A stretch of DNA of 64,000 bases from an uncultured Clostridium sp. (GCA_948438085.1 CAOJKP010000002.1:32021-96020); one strand, 5' to 3'; shown: positions 44,311-55,223, counted from the first letter of the stretch. Numbers and translations are program-made. The notes: generated by a model not told the origin, from the letters alone.

Positions 44311-47300
44311 ATGGCAGATGATTTAAAAAGAGTTGGTTTAGTCTTTAAAGAAGAAGGTGCAGTAGATTTTAAAAAAACATTGCAAGAAATTAATGTTGAA
44401 ATGAATAAAAACTACAATCAATTCAAATTAACACAATCACAGTGGGACGATTCTACTAAAAGCACAGAAAAATTGAGACAGGAACAAGAGTATTTAAAGA
44501 ATGCATACGAAATCCAAGCAGATAAAGTTTCAACATTAAGAATGCAATTAAGTGATTTAGAAAATGCAGAAAATAAAAATATAACAGCAATCAAGAAAAA
44601 ACAAAATGAGTTAACTAATGCAGAAATAAAATTACAAAACTATAAAAATAATTTAGATAAAACAACTACTAGCCTTGACAATATTAAAAATGGTTTTGAA
44701 ACAACAACAGAAAAATTAAACCGACTTAATAATGAAATAAAAGAAAATGAGAGTAATTTTAATTTAGCAAAATCGCAATGGAATGCTATGACAAAAGAGT
44801 CAGAAAAGTTAAAAACAGAGCAACAATATCTTACAGAAGCTTACAGACTCCAAAATGAAAAATTAATTGTCTTAAAAGAACAATTGATAGAATTAGAAAG
44901 TGTAGAAGATAAAAATACTGATGCTATATCTAAGAAAAAACAAGAAATTATTAAAACTGAAACTGAATTAAATAATTATAATACAAAATTAAAAATAGTC
45001 ACTAATCAGTTAGAAAACTTTAGTGCAAAAATGATTAGTACAGGAGAGAAGATAAAGAATGTTGGTGAAAAAATAGAAGGAGCAGGCAATAAAATGTCTG
45101 CTTTTTCTGTTGCTACTGGAACTGCATTATTGATGTGTGCGAAGAATGCAATAGATTTTGAAGATGCTTTTACAGGTGTAGAAAAAACTGTAGATGGAAC
45201 AGAGCAACAAATGGCAACATTAAAGCAAGGTATAAGGGATATGGCAAAATCTATACCTTCTACTACAACTGAAATAAGCGCTGTTGCAGAAGCAGCTGGA
45301 CAATTAGGAATACAGACAGATAATATTTTAAGTTTTTCAAAAGCAATGATAGATTTGGGAAATTCTACTAATTTAACAGCTGATGAGGCAGCATCGCAAC
45401 TTGCTAAATTTGCTAATATAATGCAAATGTCACAAAAAGATTTTGACAGATTAGGTTCTTCTATTGTTGACTTAGGAAATAATTTTGCTACAACAGAAGC
45501 TGATATTGTAGAAATGTCAATGAGGTTGGCAGGTGCTGGAAAACAAGTAGGACTATCAGAAGGTCAAGTTTTAGGATTAGCAACAGCATTGAGTTCTGTA
45601 GGTATAGAAGCAGAAATGGGTGGTTCTGCAATTTCAAAAGCAATGATTAAAATGCAGAATGCAGTTGAGCTTGGTGGAGATAAATTAAATAATGTGTTAA
45701 ACAAAACTGGAAAATCATTAAGAGATTTAGAATTATTATCTGCAAACAATTCTAAAGGATTTAAAGATTTTGCTGATAATCTTGGAATGACAAGTACAGA
45801 ATTAAAACAATTAATTACAGCAGGAACCAATTTGGAAGATTTTGCTAAAGTTTCAGGAAAAACAGCTGAACAATTTAAAAAAGATTGGAAAAAAGATGCG
45901 GCGGGAGCTTTATCAGACTTTATAAAAGGGCTAGGAAAATTAGAAGATAAAGGTGATAGTGCAATAGTAATGCTTTCTGAAATGGGCTTAACAGAAGTTC
46001 GATTAAGAGATTCATTGTTAAGAGCAGCGAATGCTGGTGATTTATTTAATAAAGCTATTCAAACTGGAACAAAAGCATGGGAAGATAATACAGCATTAAC
46101 TAATGAAGCTAACAAGAGATACGATACATTAAAAAGTAAAATTGAAATAGTAGTAAATAAGTTTAAAGATTTAGCTATTGCTATGGGAGAAAAGCTAATG
46201 CCATACATAGAAAAGCTACTTAAAAAAATAGAAGGGTTGGTAAATTGGTTTAGTAATTTATCTAATGAGGAAGTAGAATTTATAATGAATGTTGGACTAG
46301 TTATAACGGCAATGGGACCATTACTTACTATAATCGGAAAATTAACATCCACAATTGGAGGAGTAATAAATGGATTAGGAACATTTGCACAAGCCGTAGG
46401 AGTAGTAAAAGGCACTGTAACAACTACTTCAACAGCAGTAAATGGATTTGCTGGAGTCATATCTTTTATTACAAATCCATTAGGATTAGCTGTAATAGCT
46501 ATTGGAGCAGTAGCAACAGTATTATGGACACTAGGACAAAGAGCTGATGAAAATGTAAAGAAAATGACAGAACAAATAAATGCAGTAGAAAAACAAAAAG
46601 ATGCGTTAAATCAATTAAAAGATGCACAAAAAGAGTATTTAGACATTAATTTATCAGAGATAGATAATGTATCTAAATTGAAAGATGAATTAACGAAGTT
46701 AGTAGATGAAAATGGCAGAGTAAAAGAAGGATATAAAGGAAGAGTTTCATTTATTTTGGGAGAATTGAACAATGCACTTGGAACTGAATTTAGTATAACT
46801 GATAATATAATAAACAAATATAAAGAACTTACTCAAAGTATAGATGAAACAATTGCTAAAAAGAAAGCTAATATAATTTTAAATTCTATGGAAGAAGGAT
46901 ATACAAATGCTTTGAAGAGTAGAAGTGATGCAATTAGGAACCTAGCAGAACTAGAAAAAAATTACTCTAACAATAAACAAATGATAATAGATAAAGAAGC
47001 TGAAAAGCTGGATTTAATGAAAGAAAAACAAACTATATTTACATTATCGAGAATAAATCAATTAAACACTGAAATTCAAACTTTACAGGCAAATGTAAAC
47101 GCTTATGACGAGCAAAAAGAAAAAATCATAGAATACAATACGCAAATCACAGATTACGAAACAACAGCAGCTATAATAAAAGAAGGAAATATTGAAAAAA
47201 TAGAAGAATTAAATCAAAGATTTACTAACAGTTATCAAAAAAGAAAAGATGATACAATTGCAAGCTTATCAGAACAATTAAGTTATGAAATAATAAATTT

Positions 47301-48183
47301 ACAAACACAAAAAGAGACATATGAAAAAAATCAAAATGAAATTACTGAAAATCAAATAAAAGAATCTCAAGAAAGATTAAAAGTTTTATCAGATGAGTTG
47401 AAAAATGCAACTAGTACAGTTGATAATTCACCTGAAGTTGTAGAGGCATGGAAGAATCTAGCAACAAATTCGTATAACGTTTATTATGACACAATATCTC
47501 CTCTAGATGGAACTTTAAAAAAGAAAATAGAGGAAATGACAGGTGTAGTTGCTGAACAAACTCCTGAACTTGTATCAGAAACCGCCAAGATGAGTGAAGA
47601 GGTTGTAAATCAGATTAAAGATAATCCTCAATTTAAACAAGAGGCAATAAATAACTTAACAGGTTTGCTTAATGGATTGAAAGACGAAGAATTAAGAGAG
47701 CTATTAAGAGAAGCAGGTGTGCAAAATATAGATAAAGTAATAGCAGGAATCAAAGAAGGTAATTTGGCTGAAGATGAAGGAGTAAATATATTAAATAGTT
47801 TGAATGAAGGATTAAAAAACAAAACTTGGAAAGAAAAATTATTTGATACAGCAAGAGGCATAGCATCAGCTCTATCTGGATTACTAACAATAAAAGCTAA
47901 TGTAAATGGAGATACATCAAAATTGCCAGGACATAAAAATGGATTAGATTATGTACCTCATGACGATTACGTTGCTAGACTTCATAAAGGCGAAAGAGTT
48001 TTAACTAAAGAAGAAAACAAAGAATACACACAAGAACAAAAATCAAACACAAATAAAAAAACATACAATTCTCAAAAGACTGAGAACAAATTTACTATGA
48101 ATGTTTATTGTGAGAAGTTGAATAATGAAGAATTGGATAAAATATTTAATTATATAAATAAAAGATTTGGAGTTGAGTATTAG
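44311..48183 (+). CDS. tail tape measure protein
   Basis: 1290-aa ORF with coiled coils, a central TMP domain (..EISAVAEAAGQLGI..LAKFANIMQM..) and a hydrophobic segment. Confidence 0.85.
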   Translation: MADDLKRVGLVFKEEGAVDFKKTLQEINVEMNKNYNQFKLTQSQWDDSTKSTEKLRQEQEYLKNAYEIQADKVSTLRMQLSDLENAENKNITAIKKKQNELTNAEIKLQNYKNNLDKTTTSLDNIKNGFETTTEKLNRLNNEIKENESNFNLAKSQWNAMTKESEKLKTEQQYLTEAYRLQNEKLIVLKEQLIELESVEDKNTDAISKKKQEIIKTETELNNYNTKLKIVTNQLENFSAKMISTGEKIKNVGEKIEGAGNKMSAFSVATGTALLMCAKNAIDFEDAFTGVEKTVDGTEQQMATLKQGIRDMAKSIPSTTTEISAVAEAAGQLGIQTDNILSFSKAMIDLGNSTNLTADEAASQLAKFANIMQMSQKDFDRLGSSIVDLGNNFATTEADIVEMSMRLAGAGKQVGLSEGQVLGLATALSSVGIEAEMGGSAISKAMIKMQNAVELGGDKLNNVLNKTGKSLRDLELLSANNSKGFKDFADNLGMTSTELKQLITAGTNLEDFAKVSGKTAEQFKKDWKKDAAGALSDFIKGLGKLEDKGDSAIVMLSEMGLTEVRLRDSLLRAANAGDLFNKAIQTGTKAWEDNTALTNEANKRYDTLKSKIEIVVNKFKDLAIAMGEKLMPYIEKLLKKIEGLVNWFSNLSNEEVEFIMNVGLVITAMGPLLTIIGKLTSTIGGVINGLGTFAQAVGVVKGTVTTTSTAVNGFAGVISFITNPLGLAVIAIGAVATVLWTLGQRADENVKKMTEQINAVEKQKDALNQLKDAQKEYLDINLSEIDNVSKLKDELTKLVDENGRVKEGYKGRVSFILGELNNALGTEFSITDNIINKYKELTQSIDETIAKKKANIILNSMEEGYTNALKSRSDAIRNLAELEKNYSNNKQMIIDKEAEKLDLMKEKQTIFTLSRINQLNTEIQTLQANVNAYDEQKEKIIEYNTQITDYETTAAIIKEGNIEKIEELNQRFTNSYQKRKDDTIASLSEQLSYEIINLQTQKETYEKNQNEITENQIKESQERLKVLSDELKNATSTVDNSPEVVEAWKNLATNSYNVYYDTISPLDGTLKKKIEEMTGVVAEQTPELVSETAKMSEEVVNQIKDNPQFKQEAINNLTGLLNGLKDEELRELLREAGVQNIDKVIAGIKEGNLAEDEGVNILNSLNEGLKNKTWKEKLFDTARGIASALSGLLTIKANVNGDTSKLPGHKNGLDYVPHDDYVARLHKGERVLTKEENKEYTQEQKSNTNKKTYNSQKTENKFTMNVYCEKLNNEELDKIFNYINKRFGVEY

Positions 48184-48185
48184 AT

Positions 48186-49050
48186 ATGAGGGTAGCAGAA
48201 TTTTATTTAATAAATGAAAAAGGTCAAGAATATTCACTAATGGATGAAATAAATTATTGTTTGTTAACAGATGTGGATGGATTAGGATATAGTTACTCTG
48301 TAGAATACCAGCAACTAGGGAATATTTTTATAAATACATTAAGACAAATGGAACAAGGCAGAATAGACGGAATTGCTAAATTTAGAACTTATGATAATTT
48401 TAGGGATTTTATTAATTTTGTAGAAAGTGCAGAAAGATTAAAATTTCTATATAAAATTCCTTTTTCAAATAATAGAAAAGAAGAATATTTAAAGGACGTA
48501 GAAGTAAAAAGCATTTCAAAAGGTAGAATAATAGATGAAGATGAGAGATTATCTTCATCTATTTCTTTTAATTGCTTAGGTTTATGGTATCAAGATAAAG
48601 AAACAGTTTATACAATAAATAAATTAGAAGAGGAGTTGCAGTGGGATTTTAGATGGGGTACAAGATTTGCAGATTATACTTCAAGAAGCATAACATTTAA
48701 TAATAATGGACATACAAAAGCTTCATTTAAATTAGAAATGAATAATCATTTAATAAAACCACGGTATAATTGTTAGCAAAAATAGGGAAATAGTATATAA
48801 TTTAAGATTGCCACTTACATTTCAACAAGGTGAGAAAATGCTAGTATCTTCAAAAGATAATGAAATATATATAAAAAAGAAAAATATAAATGGTACTTAT
48901 GAAAATTTATTTAAACAAAAATACGGAATAGATTTAAATAATAACAATATCTTTAAACTTCCACAAGGTACAAGCATCATTACTCTTGTTGCTGATAATG
49001 ATATACTTGACGCAAAACTAAATATATTTAAAGAATATAAGGTGGTGTAA
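48186..49050 (+). CDS. distal tail protein (Dit), frame interrupted at in-frame CGG 48762
   Basis: ORF 48186-48776 (..HLIKP-CGG) continues in the +1 frame as GIIVSKNREIVYNLRLPLTFQQGEK..., which is ORF 48808-49050. Combined length is 287 aa, typical for Dit. Confidence 0.6.
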
Positions 49051-49051
49051 A

Positions 49052-50092
49052 ATGGATAGTTATGCGTATTTTTTAGATAGAAATACATTTGAAATAGTAG
49101 ATGTAATACAAGTTAAAGATTATCAAATAAATTTAGATGAAGAAACTAATGCAAGAACTTTTATAACAGTGGTTAAAAAGCCAAATGCACATGATAAAGA
49201 TATTGTTTTCATAAAAGAAGAGGAAAAGACAATATTTATGGGAATTATGGAAGCACCAATTACCGATGATAGAGAAAGTTATTATACTATCAATATTAAA
49301 TACATTACAAACTTATTTGATAGAAAATTGATATTAAAAAACAATAGCCTAATAAAAGAATCTGGGATAGAAGATTTTATTGCTTATACGATACAAAATG
49401 AATTTTTAAATAATGAAGATACATTATTAAATATTAATTATATTGATATAGAGGTAAAAACACATACGAAAAAGAATTTTTCTGTAAGTACTGATAATGG
49501 AATATATAATTTCCATACTTTTATAAATAATTGTACACAAAATTACAATATTATTTATACATTTACGATTAAGAATGGAAGAATGAAAATAGAAATTGAA
49601 AATATAGAAAATAAAGATATAGAAATTATAGATACCAATGTGTCAGATATAACAAACTATACTGAGATATTTAGGACAAATGTAATAGCAAAAGTAACAG
49701 TATTATGTGAGGATAAAACAATAAGTGATTTCTTTTTGCTGAATGATAGAACTACAACAACAAATAAAGATGCAGAAAATAGAGCAGTAGGAGATACAAC
49801 AGTAATTTATGAAACAGAAACAGCAAATGCGAGACAATCAGCATTAAATGTTTTTAAAAGCAATTCATATAGTCATTTAATACAGTTTAATATAAACAAA
49901 AATTCAACGTTGTACGACATAAAAAGATGGCAAATTGGTACTTTAGTTAAAATAAAAAATAAAACAAATGATATTATAGATACCTATATATCAGCAATAA
50001 CTATCAATAAAGGCAATCCTATTTACACGATAAAAACGGGTAATATTAGGATTGCTTTTTTAGATAAATTAAAACAAAAAAAGGAGGGGTAA
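49052..50092 (+). CDS. tail-associated protein at the Tal position
   Basis: 346-aa ORF after Dit. Family not recognised. Confidence 0.45.
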   Translation: MDSYAYFLDRNTFEIVDVIQVKDYQINLDEETNARTFITVVKKPNAHDKDIVFIKEEEKTIFMGIMEAPITDDRESYYTINIKYITNLFDRKLILKNNSLIKESGIEDFIAYTIQNEFLNNEDTLLNINYIDIEVKTHTKKNFSVSTDNGIYNFHTFINNCTQNYNIIYTFTIKNGRMKIEIENIENKDIEIIDTNVSDITNYTEIFRTNVIAKVTVLCEDKTISDFFLLNDRTTTTNKDAENRAVGDTTVIYETETANARQSALNVFKSNSYSHLIQFNINKNSTLYDIKRWQIGTLVKIKNKTNDIIDTYISAITINKGNPIYTIKTGNIRIAFLDKLKQKKEG

Positions 50093-50094
50093 AA

Positions 50095-51012
50095 ATGGCA
50101 TTACGAGGACATGTGTTTAGTAAACAGTTATTTACAAGTGATTGTTTTGCATTATTTATTGATACATTTTTAGCTAAAAATAATGGAATTGTAAAAGGGT
50201 GTGAACTTTCCAATACAACAAATAGTATAGATTTAACAGATGGTTTCTTTTGCATAGGAGGCAGATTTCTGCAAGAAGAAGGAGGAAGCACATTTAACAT
50301 AGAAGCATCTACTCAAAATGATATTTATTGCAAATTAATTTGTGAAATTGATTTGACAAAGGAAAATACTGTAAGTGAATTAAAACAAGCACAGTATAAG
50401 ATTTTACAATCTGTAGAAGGATATCCTAGCTTACAACAGGAAGACACAACGAATGAAGGTACAACATATCAATTCGAATTTGCACAATTTAAAGTAACAG
50501 AAAGTGGAATTGAGGATTTTATAGATAAAAGAACAACTTTAAATTTTAATTCTATATACGCAGAAATACGAAGAAATATAAATACTTTTTTAAGTCAGCA
50601 AAACATTACTACAAAAGAAAAAATAAATGAACTGGTAGCAGATTTAAAAACGTATTGTGATACAGCTAAAGAAGTATTAGATGAAAATGTAGCGCTAAAT
50701 CTACTTAACCTAATCAACACCAAATCAGACATACCTACATCATACAGCTTAACGATAACACCAGAACAATGGGTACAAAATGAAGAAATGCAGTTGTATG
50801 AATATAATGTAGAAGATACAAACATAACAGCCAACCACAAAGTAGAAGGAGCATTGCATTTAGAAAGTCAAGGAAAACTAGGTAGCTCTGTAATAGAAAG
50901 CTGCAACGGAGGATACAAAATAAAAGCAACGGAATTGCCTACAGAAAGTGTAACAATGGATATAGTTATAATCCTAACAAATCCAGTAAGTACTGGAGGC
51001 GAGGAAGTATGA
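50095..51012 (+). CDS. baseplate/tail fibre-module protein
   Basis: 305-aa ORF, translationally coupled to its neighbours. Confidence 0.4.
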   Translation: MALRGHVFSKQLFTSDCFALFIDTFLAKNNGIVKGCELSNTTNSIDLTDGFFCIGGRFLQEEGGSTFNIEASTQNDIYCKLICEIDLTKENTVSELKQAQYKILQSVEGYPSLQQEDTTNEGTTYQFEFAQFKVTESGIEDFIDKRTTLNFNSIYAEIRRNINTFLSQQNITTKEKINELVADLKTYCDTAKEVLDENVALNLLNLINTKSDIPTSYSLTITPEQWVQNEEMQLYEYNVEDTNITANHKVEGALHLESQGKLGSSVIESCNGGYKIKATELPTESVTMDIVIILTNPVSTGGEEV

Positions 51013-52358
51013 TAACTGAACTTGAAGCAGGTGGGGGAGGTTTAGACATAAATGGAGTAATAGAACAATATAAAGTAGCAAGTGGTGGAAATGTAAATGC
51101 AGGTGATTTTGTTAAGTTTTTAAATGAGTATGTTGTAGGTTCACCTACAACAATATGTACGCAATCTTATACTGGAGCATATAATAAAGCTTGTGTTTTG
51201 TCTGACAATGTCGTTTGTGCAGTTTATAAACCTTATAGTTCTAGTAGTAGTGTTTCATTATATGCAATAGTATTTATAGTTGATGGTGTAAATATTTCTG
51301 TTGGAACGCCAGTAGAAATAACAACAACAGGATCTTCTATAGATCAATTCAACATTGTAGCATTATCGCCTTTAAAAGCTATGATTGTAAATATACATAG
51401 TGCATTTATCATAACAGTATCAGATACTACAATAACTGTTGGTACTAAATATACTATAAAATCAGATGCACCTTATAATCCTTCTATAATTAAATTAACT
51501 GAAAATAAAGTAGTTGTAATTTGTTCAAAAGTGAGTTCTAGCAAAGATGCTTTATGTGCTGTTGTATGTACAATAAATGATACTATAATTACAAGTGGAA
51601 CTCTAACAGAAATTCTTAAATCTAGTAGCTTTAATTATGGTGGACATCTTACAGGTGGCGTAGCTCTTTCAAAATCAAAAGTATTGATAAGTTATACGTA
51701 TAGTGGATCTTTATCTTATTTTTGGATACATGCTATTGTTTGCAATATATCTGGTACTACTATAACAAAAGGTACTGATACAAATATAACAAATAAAAAC
51801 TATGCAGGATATTCAAATATAACGCCTGTATTACTTTCAAATGGCACAATAGTATTTGCTCATTTAGGAAATCTTACAAGTGATTCATTGTATGCAACTG
51901 CATGTTTTATATCAGATACTAAAATAACTGTTGGCACTACAACAGAATTATTATCAACAGCAACTAAAGCTACTAATTCAACTGTGACAATTAATGATGA
52001 TGTTTATATTATTAGTCTTTGTAGTACTAATAGTGGAAGTAGCGATAGTAATGATATTGTTTTAACAAAAATAACATTAGAAGGGTTAAATATATCTGTA
52101 AACAGTCAGAAAATTATAACATTTGGATATACACAACATAATTTAGGTTTAAGCATTCATTGTTTAAACCGTTCTAACGATTTGTGTATAGTTTATGAAG
52201 GTAGTGGTTTATATAGATTAGGTACTATAATAGTAGATAATATAAAAGAGGTTTCTAATTTTATATTACCAGTAGATAAAATAGCAGGAGTAGCTAATAC
52301 ATCAGGTACAGAAGGAGAAACAATAGAAGTATATGTGCCAGAGGAGGTGTCTGTATGA
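51009..52358 (+). CDS. repeat-containing (beta-propeller-like) tail fibre / receptor-binding candidate, paralog 1
   Basis: N-terminus GGGLDINGVIE..AGDFVKFL. Internal ~45-50-aa repeats (..AIVFIVDGVNISVGTPVEI.., ..AVVCTINDTIITSGTLTEI.., ..AIVCNISGTTITKGTDTNI..). C-terminus GETIEVYVPE. Confidence 0.5.
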   Translation: MITELEAGGGGLDINGVIEQYKVASGGNVNAGDFVKFLNEYVVGSPTTICTQSYTGAYNKACVLSDNVVCAVYKPYSSSSSVSLYAIVFIVDGVNISVGTPVEITTTGSSIDQFNIVALSPLKAMIVNIHSAFIITVSDTTITVGTKYTIKSDAPYNPSIIKLTENKVVVICSKVSSSKDALCAVVCTINDTIITSGTLTEILKSSSFNYGGHLTGGVALSKSKVLISYTYSGSLSYFWIHAIVCNISGTTITKGTDTNITNKNYAGYSNITPVLLSNGTIVFAHLGNLTSDSLYATACFISDTKITVGTTTELLSTATKATNSTVTINDDVYIISLCSTNSGSSDSNDIVLTKITLEGLNISVNSQKIITFGYTQHNLGLSIHCLNRSNDLCIVYEGSGLYRLGTIIVDNIKEVSNFILPVDKIAGVANTSGTEGETIEVYVPEEVSV

Positions 52359-53671
52359 TTGGAAAAATAAAAGGAATAAAAAATGGTGGTATAGACATTA
52401 ATGGAATCATAGAAGATGCTAAAGCTAAAAATATCGTTACAGCGGGTGACTTTGTAAAATATTTAGAAGAATATGAAATAACAAGTGATAAAACGGCTGA
52501 GATAAATTCATCAAATTACTCAAGTAGGTTTAATGCTATAGAATTAAATGAGCATAAAGTTTTTATAGCTTTCTGTAATTCAGCTGTAGGTTATTATATG
52601 TATGGAGTCGTGTGTATTATAAATGAAACTGATATAGAATATGGTACAGTAACACAATTAAATGGATATGATTCTACATATAGTTCAGTAGTAGCTTTAG
52701 ATGAAAATAGAGTTTTTATTGGACATACTGATGGAGGTAATGGAGTTGCTAATTATTTATATGGAATGGTATGTACAATAAATGATTTAGAAATAAGCGT
52801 AGAAATATCAAGTTTAAAACTAACCAGCGAATTAAATAATGGAAGTGTATTTTCTTTAGTTGGTATCAGTAATGATAAAGTATTGATTACTTATGCAGGT
52901 GGAACAAATCATTATTTATACGGCATTATATGTACTGTCAGCACTGATATTATTAATTTAGGAACTAAATATACTTTAGTTAGTAAAGGTGTGTATAGAA
53001 ATGTATCTACAGTACTATTAGCCTCGAACAAAGTCCTTATAACATATAATGTAAATTATGACAATTATACCTATGGCTGTTTAACAGGGATTGTATGTAT
53101 TATAAACGGAACAACAATATCAAAAGGAACGTCAAAACAACTTAGTAAAATTGATTTTAGTGGCACAGTAAGTTTAATGTCACTATTAACCCCCAATACA
53201 GTGTTGATTTGTTTTTACGAGTCTCTTAAAGGATATTCATATATAATGTTATGCAAAATAAATTCTTCTTCGATATCAGTACTACTACCTGATATGATGA
53301 TTACTTATTCGAAACCATTATTAAATAGCAGAGTATCAAATAATAGTGCTATAGTTATTACAGAAGATAAAAATGTATATTTATTTTCTGTAACGAAAAA
53401 GCTATTTATAAATAAAGAAATTATAGGAAACATGGGGGATGTAAATTATTCTACTAGACCTAATTTGATTAGATTATCGAATGGTAATATTTTTTATTTT
53501 GGCTCAACCAATCCTATAAAATTAATATATTATTTATTTAATAATAATTCAGGAGTTATTAATTTAGAAAATAATATGGAGGAAATTTTCGGCATAGCAC
53601 AAAACAAAGCACTAGAAGGACAGACAGTAAAGGTTGTAAGACCAAATTATAATGAAAGTGAGGAAAATTAA
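52355..53671 (+). CDS. repeat-containing tail fibre / receptor-binding candidate, paralog 2
   Basis: Same architecture as paralog 1: GGIDINGIIE..AGDFVKYL, blades ..GVVCIINETDIEYGTVTQL.., ..GMVCTINDLEISVEISSL.., ..GIVCIINGTTISKGTSKQL.., and GQTVKVVRPN. Confidence 0.5.
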   Translation: MIGKIKGIKNGGIDINGIIEDAKAKNIVTAGDFVKYLEEYEITSDKTAEINSSNYSSRFNAIELNEHKVFIAFCNSAVGYYMYGVVCIINETDIEYGTVTQLNGYDSTYSSVVALDENRVFIGHTDGGNGVANYLYGMVCTINDLEISVEISSLKLTSELNNGSVFSLVGISNDKVLITYAGGTNHYLYGIICTVSTDIINLGTKYTLVSKGVYRNVSTVLLASNKVLITYNVNYDNYTYGCLTGIVCIINGTTISKGTSKQLSKIDFSGTVSLMSLLTPNTVLICFYESLKGYSYIMLCKINSSSISVLLPDMMITYSKPLLNSRVSNNSAIVITEDKNVYLFSVTKKLFINKEIIGNMGDVNYSTRPNLIRLSNGNIFYFGSTNPIKLIYYLFNNNSGVINLENNMEEIFGIAQNKALEGQTVKVVRPNYNESEEN

Positions 53672-53672
53672 A

Positions 53673-54002
53673 ATGAAATATATAATAACAAATAAAGATA
53701 ATGAAATAATACATATAAGTGATACAATAGGGTATCAAGAAAATGGAAATATATTAGTAGACAATGGGAGTTTAGCAATAGCAAAAGCACCAAATGAAAA
53801 AATGGGAGTATATGAAGTAGAAGATGTAGCAGAAGGTATATGCGAACGAAAATACTGTTACACGGAAGAACAAGGATTTTATAAAAATCCAAATTATAGA
53901 GAACCAGAACCAACAGAAACAGAAAAAATAGTAAAATTACAAGAACAAATAACAGATTTACAATTAGCATTAGCAGAACTTGTAGAAGGAGGAAATGTAT
54001 AA
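53673..54002 (+). CDS. XkdW-like tail-module protein (tentative)
   Basis: GAGGAAA SD. Position between the fibre and lysis genes. Confidence 0.35.
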   Translation: MKYIITNKDNEIIHISDTIGYQENGNILVDNGSLAIAKAPNEKMGVYEVEDVAEGICERKYCYTEEQGFYKNPNYREPEPTETEKIVKLQEQITDLQLALAELVEGGNV

Positions 54003-54109
54003 TGGCAAAAGTATATTATAGTTTAATAAAAAAGGAATTAAGAAAAATCGAAGATATTCCAGAAAAATATAGACAAGCAGTAGAAGCTTTGCTAGAAAGT
54101 GAGGGCTAG
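54002..54109 (+). CDS. 35-aa XkdX/CD1375-like protein
   Basis: MAKVYYSLIKKELRKIEDIPEKYRQAVEALLESEG. Confidence 0.4.
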   Translation: MAKVYYSLIKKELRKIEDIPEKYRQAVEALLESEG

Positions 54110-54112
54110 TGT

Positions 54113-54406
54113 ATGGAGATATCCGAAAGAGAAAGATTAGTACAAGTAGAAGATAGAGCAAAAAGTAATACGAAAAGACTAGACGAACATGATGAGCAGA
54201 TAAAAGAATTAAACAATGTGTATTTGGCTCTAACAAAAGTAGATGATAAAGTTACTAATGTAGAAAAAGATGTATCTGAAATAAAAGAAGATTTAAAAGA
54301 TATAAAGGATAAGCCATCTAAGAATTGGGACAAGATTGTAACCACCATAATAGGTACAGTAGTAGGAGCAATAGCAGGTGGTATAATAGGATTAATAATT
54401 AAATAG
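54113..54406 (+). CDS. XhlA-like lysis-associated membrane protein
   Basis: N-terminal coiled coil and C-terminal TM helix IVTTIIGTVVGAIAGGIIGLII. Confidence 0.55.
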   Translation: MEISERERLVQVEDRAKSNTKRLDEHDEQIKELNNVYLALTKVDDKVTNVEKDVSEIKEDLKDIKDKPSKNWDKIVTTIIGTVVGAIAGGIIGLIIK

Positions 54407-54418
54407 GAGGATTGAAAC

Positions 54419-54604
54419 ATGAAACAAGCATGGAGTGATTTAAAAAGTTTTGTAACCGTGGTAATGACAATTGCCATGGTTGCTTTATTATTTGTGCCAT
54501 TTGAAGTAAATAAAGAAGCATTAATGTTATTTAGCACTTCATATGGAGCTGTGATAACATTCTTTTTTACAAAGAAGAAAAATAAAGAAAGTGAGGAAAA
54601 ATAA
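54419..54604 (+). CDS. holin
   Basis: 61 aa, two TM helices and a charged KKKNKESEEK tail, immediately upstream of the endolysin. Confidence 0.6.
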   Translation: MKQAWSDLKSFVTVVMTIAMVALLFVPFEVNKEALMLFSTSYGAVITFFFTKKKNKESEEK

Positions 54605-54605
54605 T

Positions 54606-55223
54606 ATGTTAAATATAAAACAAAGACAAATGAACTTAAAATTTCTAGGACTATATGGAGGCAAGATAGATGGAATAGTAGGAAATGGAACCATAGGAGC
54701 AATAGAAGAATTTCAAAGACAAAATGGACTAGTAGTAGACGGAATCTATGGAGCAAAAACAGATGCAAAGTTAGTTGAAATAATAAAGCAAAAGCAAAGA
54801 GAATTAGGAGTAACAGCAGACGGAGTAGCAGGAACAATAACAACAAATGCAAGAGATAATAAACAATTATCGTGGAATGATATAAAACACTTTAAACAGT
54901 CAGAATTTGCTTGTAAATGTGGTTGTGGATTTTCAGATATAAACTTAAATCTAGTAAAGATATTAGATGAAATAAGAGAATATTTTGGACAACCAGTAAT
55001 AATAACAAGTGGGTGTAGATGTAGAAACCACAATTCAAAACAAAAAGGTTCAAGCCAAAATTCAAGACATATTTCAGGAAAAGCAGCCGATATAGTAGTA
55101 AGAAATGTAGATAAGGCAAAAGTATTAGCAAAATGTAAAGAGTATGTAGCAAGTGGAAGAGCAAGATATACGTATACCAATAATAGTAATATGGGAAATG
55201 CAGTACATATAGATATTGTATAA
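54606..55223 (+). CDS. endolysin: PG_binding_1 domain + M15-type zinc D-Ala-D-Ala peptidase
   Basis: GKIDGIVGNGTIGAIEEFQRQNGLVVDGIYG repeats. SEFACKCGCG..ITSGCRCRNHN..SRHISGKAADI..AVHIDI. Confidence 0.7.
   Translation: MLNIKQRQMNLKFLGLYGGKIDGIVGNGTIGAIEEFQRQNGLVVDGIYGAKTDAKLVEIIKQKQRELGVTADGVAGTITTNARDNKQLSWNDIKHFKQSEFACKCGCGFSDINLNLVKILDEIREYFGQPVIITSGCRCRNHNSKQKGSSQNSRHISGKAADIVVRNVDKAKVLAKCKEYVASGRARYTYTNNSNMGNAVHIDIV

Noticed and set aside
51009-53671. Diversity-generating retroelement acting on the paralogous tail genes
   Set aside because: There is no reverse transcriptase, no template repeat and no A-specific mismatch pattern. The two genes are diverged throughout.
54106-54852. 248-aa minus-strand ORF (plus 53668-54236, 54746-55180 and 54892-55164) over the lysis cassette
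   Set aside because: Leucine/phenylalanine-rich, low-complexity antisense translation of AT-rich coding DNA. The plus strand encodes recognisable XhlA-like protein, holin and endolysin.
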